Positions 25,329 to 37,712 of a DNA stretch of 64,000 bases are shown here, piece by piece; the first letter of the stretch is position 1; each line of letters starts with the position of its first letter. Source of the stretch: Azolla caroliniana (Eukaryota; Plantae; Polypodiophyta); NCBI GenBank assembly GCA_043228905.1, contig JBHGNT010000016.1, positions 12,462,001 to 12,526,000 of the forward strand, given 5' to 3'. A model generated the notes under the pieces. The model did not search any database and had not been told where the DNA came from. It saw nothing but the letters and a program-made list of their open reading frames with translations. The translations under genes were made by a program, and so were the position numbers.

Positions 25329-26369
25329 TGTAAAGAATCGGGTATGATGCTTGTGTAGTAGAAGAGATGTGTGTTATGTGTATGTGTGAGAGGAATTAGA
25401 GAAGAGAAGAGAAAACACAAGATAGATAGAAAAAGGAATACTCAAGAAGAAGGTGTATATTCACAAGTAGAGTAGCAAATACAAAAATGTAGCATTACAA
25501 GGAGTTACAACCGACTTAGTATGAAGTAGGAGAAGGGTGCTTTATATATAGTCACCCTCTCTCTTCATTAACAAACTACAACAACCACTCTCTCCTGGGG
25601 AATGTGAAGAATCATAGTCATGGGGAATATGTAACTCATTAGTTATGTGTCATAGAATATGATTCTATGACGCATAGTTAATGTGTAGAGAGATAATGGT
25701 GTGACTCTTGACCTTTGAGTAATCATAGACTCTCAAAAAGTGTGTTCACACATTGCACTATGTCCACCCCCCCTAGGCTCAACTTGGATGGGTTCCTTTC
25801 GATTGATGTCCGCTTCGGTTGGTATCCGGTTCGAACAATCTTCCGTGTCCGCTTCAGCTCGTACCCGGTTCAGATGGAATCCGTTTCTCGCTTGTACTGT
25901 TGAGGATCAACACTCCGATTCGCCTTACCGTTCCGGCCACAACCGACTAATCGCGGATCAATACAGCAGAAAATAGGAAATACAGAGAAAGACTCGATAC
26001 ACAGGGATTAACGTGGAAAACCCTAAATGGGAAAAACCACGGGAGTCCTCAAACTCCAACTATCACTATGAACAGAGATGTACAATGGTGAAGCTTCAAG
26101 GCAACAACCTTAAGCTCACTGTCTTCGCCACAGGCGGCGGTAATACACTGAGGCAACGACCTCTTCGTCTCTCACACTCTCTCTCGGCTGCTCTCACTTC
26201 GCTCCCTCTTCGTGGAAAACAGAAAATGAGCAACAACCAAAACTGTTTGCCCTAAGTCATATTTATACACATATGACTTTCGGGCTATTTACAAATATAG
26301 CCTCACGGGGCTCTTGGCAAACATATTCACAAATATGTCCCCGCATCCGGATCTCTCTCCGGGTACATT

Positions 26370-26560
26370 CGTCATCCGGCTCCGTAACCGGGATCTTCAT
26401 CATCCGGCTCCGTAGCCGGGGTCTTCATCATCCGGCTCCGTAGCCGGGGTCTTCATCATCCGGCTCCGTAGCCGGGTCTTCGTCATCCGGCTCCGTAACC
26501 GGGATCTTCATCATCCGGCTCCGTAGTCGGGGTCTCTTCATCCGGCTTCATGCCGGGTAC
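26370..26560. repeat. ~27-bp CCGG-rich tandem repeat in the LTR (also ~31235-31425)
   Basis: tcatccggctccgtagccggggtcttca repeated about 6-7 times. Confidence 0.9.
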
Positions 26561-26657
26561 TATTCATCCTCCGGTTGTGGTTACGGAACCGGGCTTGCCG
26601 TCATTCATCTCCGGACATCCCATCCGGAGGGACCGAAAATCCCAACAAACTCCCCCT

Positions 26658-29600
26658 TCACTTCGGCATGGGATGTCTCTCCAGTCCGACCCTCTTCCGG
26701 CACGCTTCTAGCTTGTCGGGTGTGAGCACTTTGGTCAGCATATCTGACCCGTTCTCGTCCGTGTGGATCTTCGTCAGCACGAACTCCTGGTCTTCTATCC
26801 TTTCCCGGATCCAGTGATATCTTCGCTGGATGTGCTTCGTCCGGGAGTGATAGGCCGCGTTCTTCGCAAGGTGGATGGCGCTCTGACTGTCGCAGTAGAG
26901 TCGGTACTCCTCCTGCCGGATACCGAGCTCTCTAATGAAGTCCTTCATCCATATTATTTCCTTGCCGGCTTCAACAGCCGCCATGTACTCCGCCTCCGTG
27001 GTTGACAACGCAACCGTCTTCTGCAGCCTTGACTGCCATGAAACGGCTCCCCCTGCATACGTCATCACATACCCTGATGTGGACCGGCTGGTATCTGCAT
27101 CAGCCGACATATCCGAATCGGTGAAACCGTCGAGTTCGGATTTACCGGAGCCGAATCGGAGGCACACGTTTGCTGTGCCCTTCAGGTATCGGAGTATCCA
27201 CTTGACCGCGTTCCAGTGCTCTTTGCCGGGATTGCTCATGTACCGGCTCACCACTCCGACTGCATATCCTATGTCCGGTCTTGTACACACCATTGCGTAC
27301 ATCAAGCTCCCGACGGCTGAGGCATACGGTACTTTCATCATATCCTCCTTTTCAGCCTTTGTCTTAGGAATTTGCTTGCTGGTCAGCTTGCAGTTTGCCG
27401 GGAGGGTCGATCCGACCGGTCTTGCTTCCGACATGTTGAACCGTTGAAGCACCTTTGTCACGTACTTCTCCTGTGATAGCCACAACTGCTTCTTCTTCCG
27501 GTCGCGGATGATGTGCATCCCTAGTATTTGCCTCGCCGGACCCAGGTCCTTCATTGAGAAGGTTCGGTGAAGAGCCTTCTTCAGCATCCGTATCTTGACC
27601 TGGTCCCGTCCGACGATCAACATGTCGTCCACGTATAGGAGGAGTATTAGAGAGTCTCCTCCGTCGAACTTCTTCACAAACACGCAGTGATCGGACTGCG
27701 TCTTGTGGTACCCTTCGTCGGTCATGAAGGAGTCGAACTTCCGGTACCACTGCCGGGGAGCCTGCTTCAGACCGTAAAGGCTCTTCTTCAACCGGCATAC
27801 CAGGTGCTCCTTCCCTTTCTTCTCGAATCCTTCCGGTTGCTGCATGTAGATCTCTTCTTCGAGGTCACCGTGAAGGAATGCCGTCTTCACGTCCATCTGT
27901 TCTACCTCGAGGTCCATGCTTGCCGCTAAGCTCAGCACCGTCCGGATGGAGGTCATCTTCACTACCGGGGCAAATATCTCGTCGAAGTCGACGCCCTTCT
28001 TCTGCTGAAACCCCTTCACCACGATCCTGGCTTTGTATCTCGGGGGGTTTCCGGCATCTCCCGGTTTCAGCTTGAACACCCACTTGTTTCGGAGTGCCCG
28101 CTTTCCTTTCGGCAACTCCACTAGTTCATATGTGTGATTCTCATGCAGGGAATCCATCTCCTCCTGCATGGCACTTAACCACCTGCGGCTATGGGTATCA
28201 TGCTTTGCTTCTTCAAAGCTCTCCGGCTCCCCCTCGTCGGTTAGCAGCACGTGCTCTGGTTCCGGAAATCTCCGGGGGGCCCTTCTCTCCCTTAGAGGAT
28301 ATCTCCGTTCCGGAGCTTCGGTAACCGGTTCTTCCGATTCTTCTTCATCCGAATCCATTTCGGGGTCGGGGCCGGTTCCGGTATCATTTTCATCTTCTTC
28401 GGCCGGTTCTATTTCTTCACCGTCTTCGGCCGGATCTTCGAGTGTTAACCGGTCCCTTGCTGGTCGGGACTGCTCCTCGTAGAGTTGATCCTCACCGGTC
28501 GACTTGGAGCTCTTCATCTTCTTCTCCGACTCCCAGTCGGCGAGCGTCTTGTCCTCCATGAAGATGATATCTCGACTCCTGAATATCTTCTTGTCGACCG
28601 GGTCCCATACTCGGTAGCCGAACTCGTCGTCGCCGTAACCGAGGAATATGCATGGCCGGGTCTTTGGATCTAGCTTTCCTCTCCGGTCCTTTGCCACATG
28701 CACATATGCGAGACACCCGAACACCTTCAGATGCCGGTAGGACACTTCCTTACCGGTCCACACTTTCTGCGGCGTGTCTCCGTCCAAAGGTACTGAGGGT
28801 GATCGGTTTATCACATATGTCGCCGTCGACATTGCCTCAGCCCAAAACCCCTTGGGTAGTTTCGCATGCGCCAGCATACTCCGGACCCTCTCCATTATGG
28901 TCCGGTTCATCCTCTCGGCCAGCCCGTTCAGTTCCGGCGTCTTCGGCACAGTAAACTCGAGTCGGATTCCCTTCGAGCGACAGTACTCCTGGAACTGCCC
29001 CCGGTATTCCCCTCCGTTATCCGCTCGTATCGCTTTCAGCTTCTTGCCGGATTCCCTTTCCACTCTCGCGTGGAGTTCTTTGAAGACGCCCAACACTTGG
29101 TCCTTTGTCTTCAACGGCGCCGTCCACAGCTTCCTGCTGTGATCATCAATGAAAGTCACGAAGTACTGGGCTCCGCCATGTGACTTCGTTTCTACCTGAC
29201 ACACATCCGTGTGTACCAACTCCAATGGTGCGCTACGTCTCGTCGGTGGCCTTGAGTGGAAGGAGGTCCGGTTTTGCTTACCGGCCAGACAATCGGTGCA
29301 CTTCTCCAGATGCACATGCTTCACTGGGATAAGGTTGTCTTCTGCAAGCCTCTTCATCCCCTTCTCACTCATGTGGCACAGTCTCTTGTGCCATAGCTCA
29401 CCGGCAGTGTCGGCTGCCACATTCAGCTCTTCCGGACATAGCCGGGAATTCATCAGGTACAGTGTGTTGACCTTCCGGGCCCGAGCTACTATTAAGCTCC
29501 CCTTGCTGAACTTCATGACACCGTTCCGGATGCTACCTGTGTAGCCTTCATCGTCTAGCCTCCCGGCCGAAATCAGGTTCAATCGAACCTCCGGAACGTG

Positions 29601-30740
29601 TCGAACATCCTTCAGCAGCATTTTGCATCCGGTTGATGTCATCAGCCACACGTCTCCTATGCCGGCAATCCGGCACGTACCTTCATTTCCCATCCGGACA
29701 CAGCCATGCTCACCGGTTGTGTAGGATGAGAAGTATTTCTTCTCCGGGGTCAGGTGGAACGACGCTCCGGAATCGACCACCCAGGTCATCTCTTCTCCGG
29801 CAAGGTTCAGCTCCCCCACTTCGGTAATGAGCATGATCTCCTCTTCACTTGCCGCGAGTGCCGTCGTTCCTTTCCGGTCCTGCCCTCGCCGATCCGAACC
29901 TCTCCGGTCCGTGGCTCCCCGGTATGCACCGTTTCGCTCCGGTGACTTCTTCGAATCGGTGTCGTCGGCTCCGTTGTCTTTTCGGTAATGCCGACAATTC
30001 TTCCGGAAGTGCCCCGGCTTCCCACAGTGGAAGCATGTGGGTCTTCCTCTTGACTGCGACCGGGCCCCCGACTTCTCCCGTCTTTGCGGACTCCGGTTCC
30101 ATTGTCTTCCCCGTTCCGATTCGGTAAGCAGCGCCTTTGAGTCGGAGGCCGGTTCCTTATCTCTCCGACGCGCTTCTTCATTTAGAATACTTGTCTTTAC
30201 CGTTTGTAGGGACAAGTTATCTTCGGTGCAGGAGGTGCTGAGAGTCACCACCAAGTTCTCCCAGCTTTCCGGCAATGTACACATCAAGATGATGGCTTGC
30301 ATTGCATCCTCCAACGGGAACTTGATAGCCGCAAGCTGGTTCACGAATCCCATGAACGTGCTTACGTGTTCCACCATACTCTCGCCGTCCCGGTACTTGA
30401 GGTTCACTATCTTCCTCATCAGGGAGGTCCGGTTCAACGCATTCTTCCTCTCGTAGAGGCCCGACAGCTTCTTCCACATCTCGTATGCGTTGGTGTCGTT
30501 CGCCACATGCTGTAGGACGCTTACATCGACATATTGCCGGATCGTCGCTACGGCTTTCCGGTTCAGAAGCCTCCATTCCGTCTCAAGTACCCCCTTCGGT
30601 ATTTCCGACCTGTCAATCGGTTCGTACAGGTCCCGAACAATCAGAAGATCCTCCATCTTGATCTTCCAGTCGGCGTAGTTCTGCGCATTCAGCACCATCA
30701 TCCCCGGCTGCCCGCTGCTGCCGCCTTCCATTTTCTGCAC
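26658..30740 (-). CDS. Copia gag-pol polyprotein (1360 aa)
   Basis: Zinc knuckle CFHCGKPGHFRKNC, protease WVVDSGAS, GAG-pre-integrase WHKRLCH, integrase core, RT LLLYVDDML, RNase H. Confidence 0.97.
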   Translation of the reverse strand: MQKMEGGSSGQPGMMVLNAQNYADWKIKMEDLLIVRDLYEPIDRSEIPKGVLETEWRLLNRKAVATIRQYVDVSVLQHVANDTNAYEMWKKLSGLYERKNALNRTSLMRKIVNLKYRDGESMVEHVSTFMGFVNQLAAIKFPLEDAMQAIILMCTLPESWENLVVTLSTSCTEDNLSLQTVKTSILNEEARRRDKEPASDSKALLTESERGRQWNRSPQRREKSGARSQSRGRPTCFHCGKPGHFRKNCRHYRKDNGADDTDSKKSPERNGAYRGATDRRGSDRRGQDRKGTTALAASEEEIMLITEVGELNLAGEEMTWVVDSGASFHLTPEKKYFSSYTTGEHGCVRMGNEGTCRIAGIGDVWLMTSTGCKMLLKDVRHVPEVRLNLISAGRLDDEGYTGSIRNGVMKFSKGSLIVARARKVNTLYLMNSRLCPEELNVAADTAGELWHKRLCHMSEKGMKRLAEDNLIPVKHVHLEKCTDCLAGKQNRTSFHSRPPTRRSAPLELVHTDVCQVETKSHGGAQYFVTFIDDHSRKLWTAPLKTKDQVLGVFKELHARVERESGKKLKAIRADNGGEYRGQFQEYCRSKGIRLEFTVPKTPELNGLAERMNRTIMERVRSMLAHAKLPKGFWAEAMSTATYVINRSPSVPLDGDTPQKVWTGKEVSYRHLKVFGCLAYVHVAKDRRGKLDPKTRPCIFLGYGDDEFGYRVWDPVDKKIFRSRDIIFMEDKTLADWESEKKMKSSKSTGEDQLYEEQSRPARDRLTLEDPAEDGEEIEPAEEDENDTGTGPDPEMDSDEEESEEPVTEAPERRYPLRERRAPRRFPEPEHVLLTDEGEPESFEEAKHDTHSRRWLSAMQEEMDSLHENHTYELVELPKGKRALRNKWVFKLKPGDAGNPPRYKARIVVKGFQQKKGVDFDEIFAPVVKMTSIRTVLSLAASMDLEVEQMDVKTAFLHGDLEEEIYMQQPEGFEKKGKEHLVCRLKKSLYGLKQAPRQWYRKFDSFMTDEGYHKTQSDHCVFVKKFDGGDSLILLLYVDDMLIVGRDQVKIRMLKKALHRTFSMKDLGPARQILGMHIIRDRKKKQLWLSQEKYVTKVLQRFNMSEARPVGSTLPANCKLTSKQIPKTKAEKEDMMKVPYASAVGSLMYAMVCTRPDIGYAVGVVSRYMSNPGKEHWNAVKWILRYLKGTANVCLRFGSGKSELDGFTDSDMSADADTSRSTSGYVMTYAGGAVSWQSRLQKTVALSTTEAEYMAAVEAGKEIIWMKDFIRELGIRQEEYRLYCDSQSAIHLAKNAAYHSRTKHIQRRYHWIRERIEDQEFVLTKIHTDENGSDMLTKVLTPDKLEACRKRVGLERHPMPK

Positions 30741-33010
30741 TGCCGTTGCTCTGATACCACTTTGTTGAGGATCAACACTCCGATTCGCCTTACCGTTCCG
30801 GCCACAACCGACTAATCGCGGATCAATACAGCAGAAAATAGGAAATACAGAGAAAGACTCGATACACAGGGATTAACGTGGAAAACCCTAAATGGGAAAA
30901 ACCACGGGAGTCCTCAAACTCCAACTATCACTATGAACAGAGATGTACAATGGTGAAGCTTCAAGGCAACAACCTTAAGCTCACTGTCTTCGCCACAGGC
31001 GGCGGTAATACACTGAGGCAACGACCTCTTCGTCTCTCACACTCTCTCTCGGCTGCTCTCACTTCGCTCCCTCTTCGTGGAAAACAGAAAATGAGCAACA
31101 ACCAAAACTGTTTGCCCTAAGTCATATTTATACACATATGACTTTCGGGCTATTTACAAATATAGCCTCACGGGGCTCTTGGCAAACATATTCACAAATA
31201 TGTCCCCGCATCCGGATCTCTCTCCGGGTACATTCGTCATCCGGCTCCGTAACCGGGATCTTCATCATCCGGCTCCGTAGCCGGGGTCTTCATCATCCGG
31301 CTCCGTAGCCGGGGTCTTCATCATCCGGCTCCGTAGCCGGGTCTTCGTCATCCGGCTCCGTAACCGGGATCTTCATCATCCGGCTCCGTAGTCGGGGTCT
31401 CTTCGTCCGGCTTCATGCCGGGTACTATTCATCCTCCGGTTGTGGTTACGGAACCGGGCTTGCCGTCATTCATCTCCGGACATCCCATCCGGAGGGACCG
31501 AAAATCCCAACATGTACTCCCGCTCAAGCTTGGCAAGTCAGGGATCGTCAATCCAAGGTCTGACATGAATTGCCGAACCTTGTTGGCTCCTCGGGCCTTC
31601 GTGAAGATGTCGGCTATTTGAAAATTCGTGTTGATCTGTAGAAGATCGACATCTCTGGCCTGACCACGCTCTCGAATGAAGTGGTAGTGCACTTCGATAT
31701 GCTTTGTGCGTGTGTGGAACACCAGGTTCCGAGCCAGATATATATTGCTCATGTTGTTGTAGTAAAAGGGAGTCGGATCCTTGATGGGAATGCCCAAATC
31801 CTTCAAAATCCTCTTGAGCCATACGGCTTCACATGCAGCTACGGTTGCGCCCCTATATTCGGCTTTCGTACTCGAAAGTGGGACGGTAGGCTGCTTCTTA
31901 CTACTCCAAGATATTGCTCTGCTACCGAGTGAGAAGACAAATCCGGAGGTCGATCGTCGATCAACTCTGTAGCCGGCCCAGTCGGCATCCATGTACCCTT
32001 CGAGTCGAATTGGTTTGGTCAATGCGTAAAGGATGTCGTAATCCATTGTGCCACTCACGCATTGTTATACTGGCTTAGCACAATCGAAATGGATATCTCG
32101 CGGAGTTTGCATGAATTGGCTAAGGCGGCCGGCCTGATAATTGAGGTCAGGTTGAGTGATCGTGAGATAGATGAGGCTCCCAATCAGTTGTCGATATTGA
32201 GTCGGCTCGTAGTCGTCTGTGCCGGAATCAACATCTACTTTGAGGTTTCGATCGAGAGGGGTTGCCACAGATTTGCGCTCAGCCATCCCGAACTGGTATA
32301 ACAAGTTGAGGATCTAGTGCCGTTGAGAGATCATAATGTCGGTTGGAATCCGAATTACTTCGATGCTGGAATCCAAAGGAGGACTTTCACAACATATATG
32401 GTCTATCACTCAAGGGTATTAACCCTACTATTCTAATAGATAGATTTATTAGTGATGTAGACTAGATGTTAGTATATAAAGTGCCTAGAGTGAAAGGCAA
32501 AGTCAAGTTCAAGCATGTATGACCAGACCTATACGACGACCGAATGAGACTGCACCAGAAAGTACATCAAGGGATCCCAGTCAACAACGAGTTGTCCATT
32601 TCATTTGCCAGAGCTTTTGCATATAAGTATTGCAAAACAACAAAGAAATCTTGTGAGGTAGCTTGGACAATTTATGGTGAGGCATCAATAGAAAGATGCC
32701 AGAAGATGGGGAGCTTGCAACAAAAAATGGCAAAACTTTGGAGCATGGCAGTTGATGATGCAACTGCCGACTCCCAACAAACCCACAAGTATACGCCACA
32801 CCGACACAAAATGAAAGCCAATGTCGATGATACAAGTGAGACATTGATTAGCTATATGCTAAACAATGTCCATGAAGCCTATGAGACATTGGAGTTTTTT
32901 AAGACTGATTTAGAGAAAGCAACATTGGTTGTTGCGATTGAGAGCAAAGTCACTTTGGCAGTTACAACAATTAGAAATAAGATTCAGATACCTATTGTTT
33001 TGCTAGTATG

Positions 33011-33660
33011 TGTTGGGAGACAGGTCCCTCCGGATGGGAAGGTAGAAGAACAGTATCGACGAACAAACTCGGCCGAGGCCGAAACGGTATGAGGAGTACC
33101 CGGCTACGGAGAGCCGGATGATACAGGCCCGGTGTGAACCGGATGAGTAGTACCCGGCTACAAAGAGCCGGATGGTGCAGAACCGGTGAGAACCGGAGGA
33201 AGAGACATATTCGTAAATATGTTTCTGAGAGCCCATTGAGGCTATATTTGTAAATAGCCGAAAAGTCATATTAGTATAAATATGACTTAGGGCAAACTTT
33301 TAGTATGTTGTTGTTGTCAATTTTCTGTATTGTAGGATATTAGTGTGCGTAACGTTGTACACAGAGAGAGAGAGAGAGAGAAAGAGGTCGCTGCCTCTAT
33401 TGTAACCGCCACCTGTGGCGAAGAGCGTGAGTCCGAGGTTGTTGCCTCCGTGAACTCACTGTTTTGTACATTCATACATAGTGACAGTTTGCAGCCTGTG
33501 GGCTACCGTGGTTTTTTCCCCTAGTTTGGGGTTTTCCACGTAAACCTCCTGTGTACCATTTCTCTTCTTTGTGTCGCGTTTCATTACCTGTTTTTCTGTG
33601 TGTGAAAAGAATCTCGGTTGTGGCCGAGTCTTGCGCATAAGGAACGTCCAGTTCCCGTCA
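33011..33660 (+). mobile_element. Solo LTR related to the young copia LTR, opposite orientation
   Basis: tgttggga..gtccctccggatggga is the reverse complement of that LTR's end; shared tgtataaatatgacttagggcaaac-type block; TSD gtatg/atatg. Confidence 0.8.
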
Positions 33661-34309
33661 ATATGTAATATGTTATAAATAACTTGTACATGAAATGTGC
33701 TAGTGAGGCATTGTCTAGAACAGGTTTCTCAACATGAGCTTAAAATTGAGGGATAGTTGGATCACCAGTAGAAAATTCAACTGCAGAAAGAGATCCAGGT
33801 TCTTTCAATGAACCTAGACCTTCTAGGTGTAAATATTGTCGTTGATTACAATTTGGATAAGCTAAAAGTAAGTTAATGATTCTTGTTTCTTGTTGTTGTA
33901 TCTTCTTCATTAAGCAATAATTAATTAGTAATTTTCTCAGCTGCGTTAAAAGAACAATACTCCGATCAAGAACAGGTAGTTAGCTGAATTAAGAAGCAAG
34001 TACATTTTGTGGAGGTGATGGTAAGGAGCAGACACAAATTGGACCTGAACATTCTTGCTCCCTTACCAAATGAAGGAGAACCAAGAAACGATATATTGAC
34101 TGTTCAAGCACGTTGCATCGCTTGCGGATTACGTGTAGAGGAAAAATCTGCTACTTTGTGGGTTCACCTGCAACCATGCCAGCACACATACCATATCGTT
34201 TGTTTTCAATATGCTTGTCGCAATGCTGCATTATGTTTGAGGGATTGCAGTACACCTCTCCCAGATGAGTGGAGAAAACTAACAGGTAAAATTGCTGCTT
34301 GTAACCATA

Positions 34310-35918
34310 GTGTAGCTAATTAGTTACATCTTTGCTAATTAGGTAAGTCGTATAAAGTGTGGAAACTATTTAGATGTTACGATTGTACTGTAGTAGCGAA
34401 TTAGCTAGCATGTAGTTAATTAGCTAAATGGTAGCTAATTAGCTACTACCATACTTTAGCTGAGTAGCTAATTAGCTAACATGTAGTTAATTAGCCTAAC
34501 ATGTAGTTAATTAGCTAAATGGTAGCTAATTAGGTACTACCATACTTTAGCTGAGTAGCTAATTAGCTAAGTGGTAGCCAATTAGCTACTACCATAGTTT
34601 AGTACAATAGCTAATTAGCTACTACCATAGTTTAGTTGAGTAACTAATTAGCTAACTGGTAGCTAATTAACTACTACCATACTTTACCTGAGTAGCTAAT
34701 TAGCTAAGTGGTAGCCAATTAGCTACTACCATAGTTTAGTACAATAGGTAATTAGCTAAGTGGTAGCTAATTAGTTACTCCCATACTTTAGCTGAGTAGC
34801 TAGTTAGGTACGTGGTAGCTAATTAGCTACAACTATAGTTTAGTACAGTAGCTAATTACCTCTACAATATTTTAGCTGAGTAGCTAAATAGTTTAGTACA
34901 GTAGCTAATTAGCTCTATCATACTTTAGCTGAGTAGCTAAATAGTTTAGTATAGTAGCTAATTAGCTCTACCATACTTTAGTTGAGTAGCTAAATAGTTT
35001 AGTACAGTAGCTAATTAGCTAAATGGTAGCTAATTAGCTACTACCATACTTTAGTTGAGTAGATAATTAGCTAAGTGGTAGCTAATTAACTACTACCACA
35101 CTTTAGTACAATAGCTAATTAGCTAAGTGGTAGCTAATTAGCTACTATGATACTTTAGCTAATTAGCTAAGTGGTAGCTAATTAGCTACTATGATACTTT
35201 AGCTAATTAGCTAAGTGGTAGCTAATTAGCTACTATGATACTTTAGCTAATTAGTTAAGTGGTAGCTAATTAGCTACTATGATATTTTAGCTAATTAGCT
35301 AAGTGGTAGCTAATTAGCTACTATGATACTTTAGCTAATTAGCTAAGTGGTAGCTAATTAGGTACTACCATAGTTTAGTACAAAAGCTAATTAGCTAAGT
35401 GGTAGCTATTAGCTACTACCATAGTTTATTATAGTAGTTAATTAGCTAAGTGGCAGCTTATTAGCTACTACCATACTTTAGCTGAGAAGCTATTTAGATA
35501 CTACCATAGTTTAGTACAATAGCTAATTAGCTAAATGGTAGCTAAATAACTACTACCATAGTTTAGTACAGTAGCTAATTAGCTAAGTGGTAGCTAATTA
35601 GCTACTACCATACTTTAGCTATAGTGGCTAATTATCTAGTACCATACTTTCGCTGAGTAGCTAATTAGCTACTACCATACTTTAGTAGAGTAGCTAATTA
35701 GTTGCTACGATATTGTCAAAGAGTAGCTAATTAGCTACTACCATACTTTAGTAGAGTAGCTAATTAGTTGCTACGATATTGTCAAGGAGTAGCTAATTAG
35801 CTAGTATCATACCTAAGCTAAGTAGCTAATTAGCTCAGTGGTAGCTAATTAGCTACTATCATAGTCTAGAAGAATAGCTAGTTAGCTAAGATGTAGCTGA
35901 GTAGCTAATTAGCTACCA
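34310..35918. repeat. TAGCTAATTAGCTA palindromic satellite
   Basis: Dozens of copies of the 14-bp perfect palindrome; 44-bp higher-order unit at ~35115-35350. Confidence 0.95.
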
Positions 35919-37712
35919 TGTTGTTGTAGAATCTTGTGGATTAAGGAGGGCGCATGAGCTGTCCGGTGCTGATGACGTTGTAACCGATGCGAAGATAGTT
36001 GCCAATGTGGCTGAAAGTAAGAGTCCTGCTATCACATCTCCTTCAGATCAGGTCTACCCTATTCTTTTGGAAGATTGTACTAAATTAGGCAAAGATGAGA
36101 AAAGCCATGACATATTGGAAACAACATGTAAATCTGAGGTTCACAACAACAATGTATTTGAACAGTTGATGCAACATTTCTTCGAATCCCAAAACTTGGA
36201 TTCCACCCCACCGAGCCCAACTACTGATATTGTCCAAACATATCCCACTGTACTAGAAAAGTTATCGCAAGACGCGGCTGATGTGGAAGCCGTTGCTGAG
36301 GTGATGGAAAGTTTGTCACAGGAGATCACACTTGCGCAATGGGTGAAAGAAGCAAGGCTAAATGGGCAACCAGCTAGAAAAAGGCTGAAGAAGGGGCCAC
36401 GATCGGGGACAAGACTAGTTACTTGGTCAAGGGGCTCTTGAATTGGAGAGAAATACTTATTAGTCGGATATTATTGTTAGCGATTTTTCTAGGGTTTTAT
36501 GAAGGTTTACTACATGATCTATTTGGACAAGCAAAACCTCAGATTGGTTATTGCTTGATCCACATTATGTAATGGAATGCTATGATGTTTCTCCAAGATA
36601 ATTATGTTCATGTTGTTCTATGATCGAAAATATTTCATGTTCATTATGTTGTTTTGTGAGACTGTTAGTTACTTTGTGAGTGTGATATGTTGGTGTTTTC
36701 TGATGTTGCAGAGTCTAAAGGGTTTGAATCTATTGCTCCTAAGGCCGATGGCAGTGTGGAAACTATTCATGTTGTTGCGTGTTTAGAGGGCCACATCATG
36801 AAAGTACTGACACAAATGATATGGTCACGCAAGTTGATCCAACATGTTGCAAAGATGATTTGATTCTCAAGTAGATGCAACATGTGATACCAATGGGCTG
36901 ATACTGACTAGATTAGTATCTACATGCACCGAGCTAATGTGTGGTAGTGTGGAGAAAGATTCTTCCTAAAGTGGCAACAACATTTCAAGGGTTAGTGGAC
37001 ACGAGAGAAATGTGACCAGAAGGATGTTCCAAGATTCAAAAGACTTTCTGATTTTTGGGCTACTTGGCCATATTAATACATTGATTCTGGATACAGAACA
37101 TTTCCGGCATTACTTCAACATTCGTAGATGCTGTCTCATTCTACTCGAGGAAATGCCTGAACACTACTTGGTGAAAACATTGAGCTGCCAACTAACTACA
37201 ATGTTGTGGACTCCATACCGAACTCAGTATGCAGATCATATATGTAGAGAAGTTCCATTGACCAGCAAGAGCTTAGCTATCTATAGGTGATTTGAACACA
37301 TTGCCAATGGGATGTTTTAAATATGTAATTTGATGACAGATTAATCAATGAAGAATTAAATTGCTTTTTTTGAGTAGCTTATCTACTATGTAATTTTAAG
37401 AGTATGTACAAGATTGTTGATTTCATGATAGTGCTTTTTCTTAAAATTATGCAACTATTTTAACTTGTACATGGTTCACTTGAGTAAATCTGTATTCAGA
37501 AAGAAGAACCCTAAACGATATTACCAAATTGGTTTTTAAGAAAGAACAGAAAGAAGACTGTATATAAAAAAGACAAGATTTTATTGATAAAGAAGCATAA
37601 ATAGTAGATTGTATATAATAAAAAAAACTCCCAAACAGGTCCATTAAACTGTTTATTTACAATACATGTGCTTTGTTTGTTTTACAAGAAAACTGGTAAT
37701 TGCTACTTGTAG

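Larger units (their letters stand above)
25898..31512 (-). mobile_element. Intact, very recent Ty1/copia LTR retrotransposon
   Basis: 750-bp LTRs at 25898-26647 and 30763-31512, one difference noticed. Perfect TSD TGTAC, PBS gctctgatacca at 30748-30759, PPT next to 26647. Confidence 0.98.
25329..32366 (-). mobile_element. Truncated copia element (3' LTR ~25329-25766 plus RT end/RNase H), split by the young copia
   Basis: LTR similar to 53951-54342. RNase H (DADWAG..RRSTSG..SWSSKKQ..RTKHIEVHYHFIRE) at 31518-32360. Confidence 0.8.
32544..36441 (+). pseudogene. Putative spliced gene with a RING-H2-like finger (decayed)
   Basis: ORFs 32544.., 34009..34323 (CIAC...PCQHTYHIVC...CLRDC) and 36007..36441. 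Donor CAG|gtaaa ~34286 and acceptor ttgtag ~35929 bracket the satellite. Confidence 0.5.

Noticed and set aside
26763-30815. Many plus-strand and alternate-frame ORFs
   Set aside because: Shadows of the GC-rich copia polyprotein.
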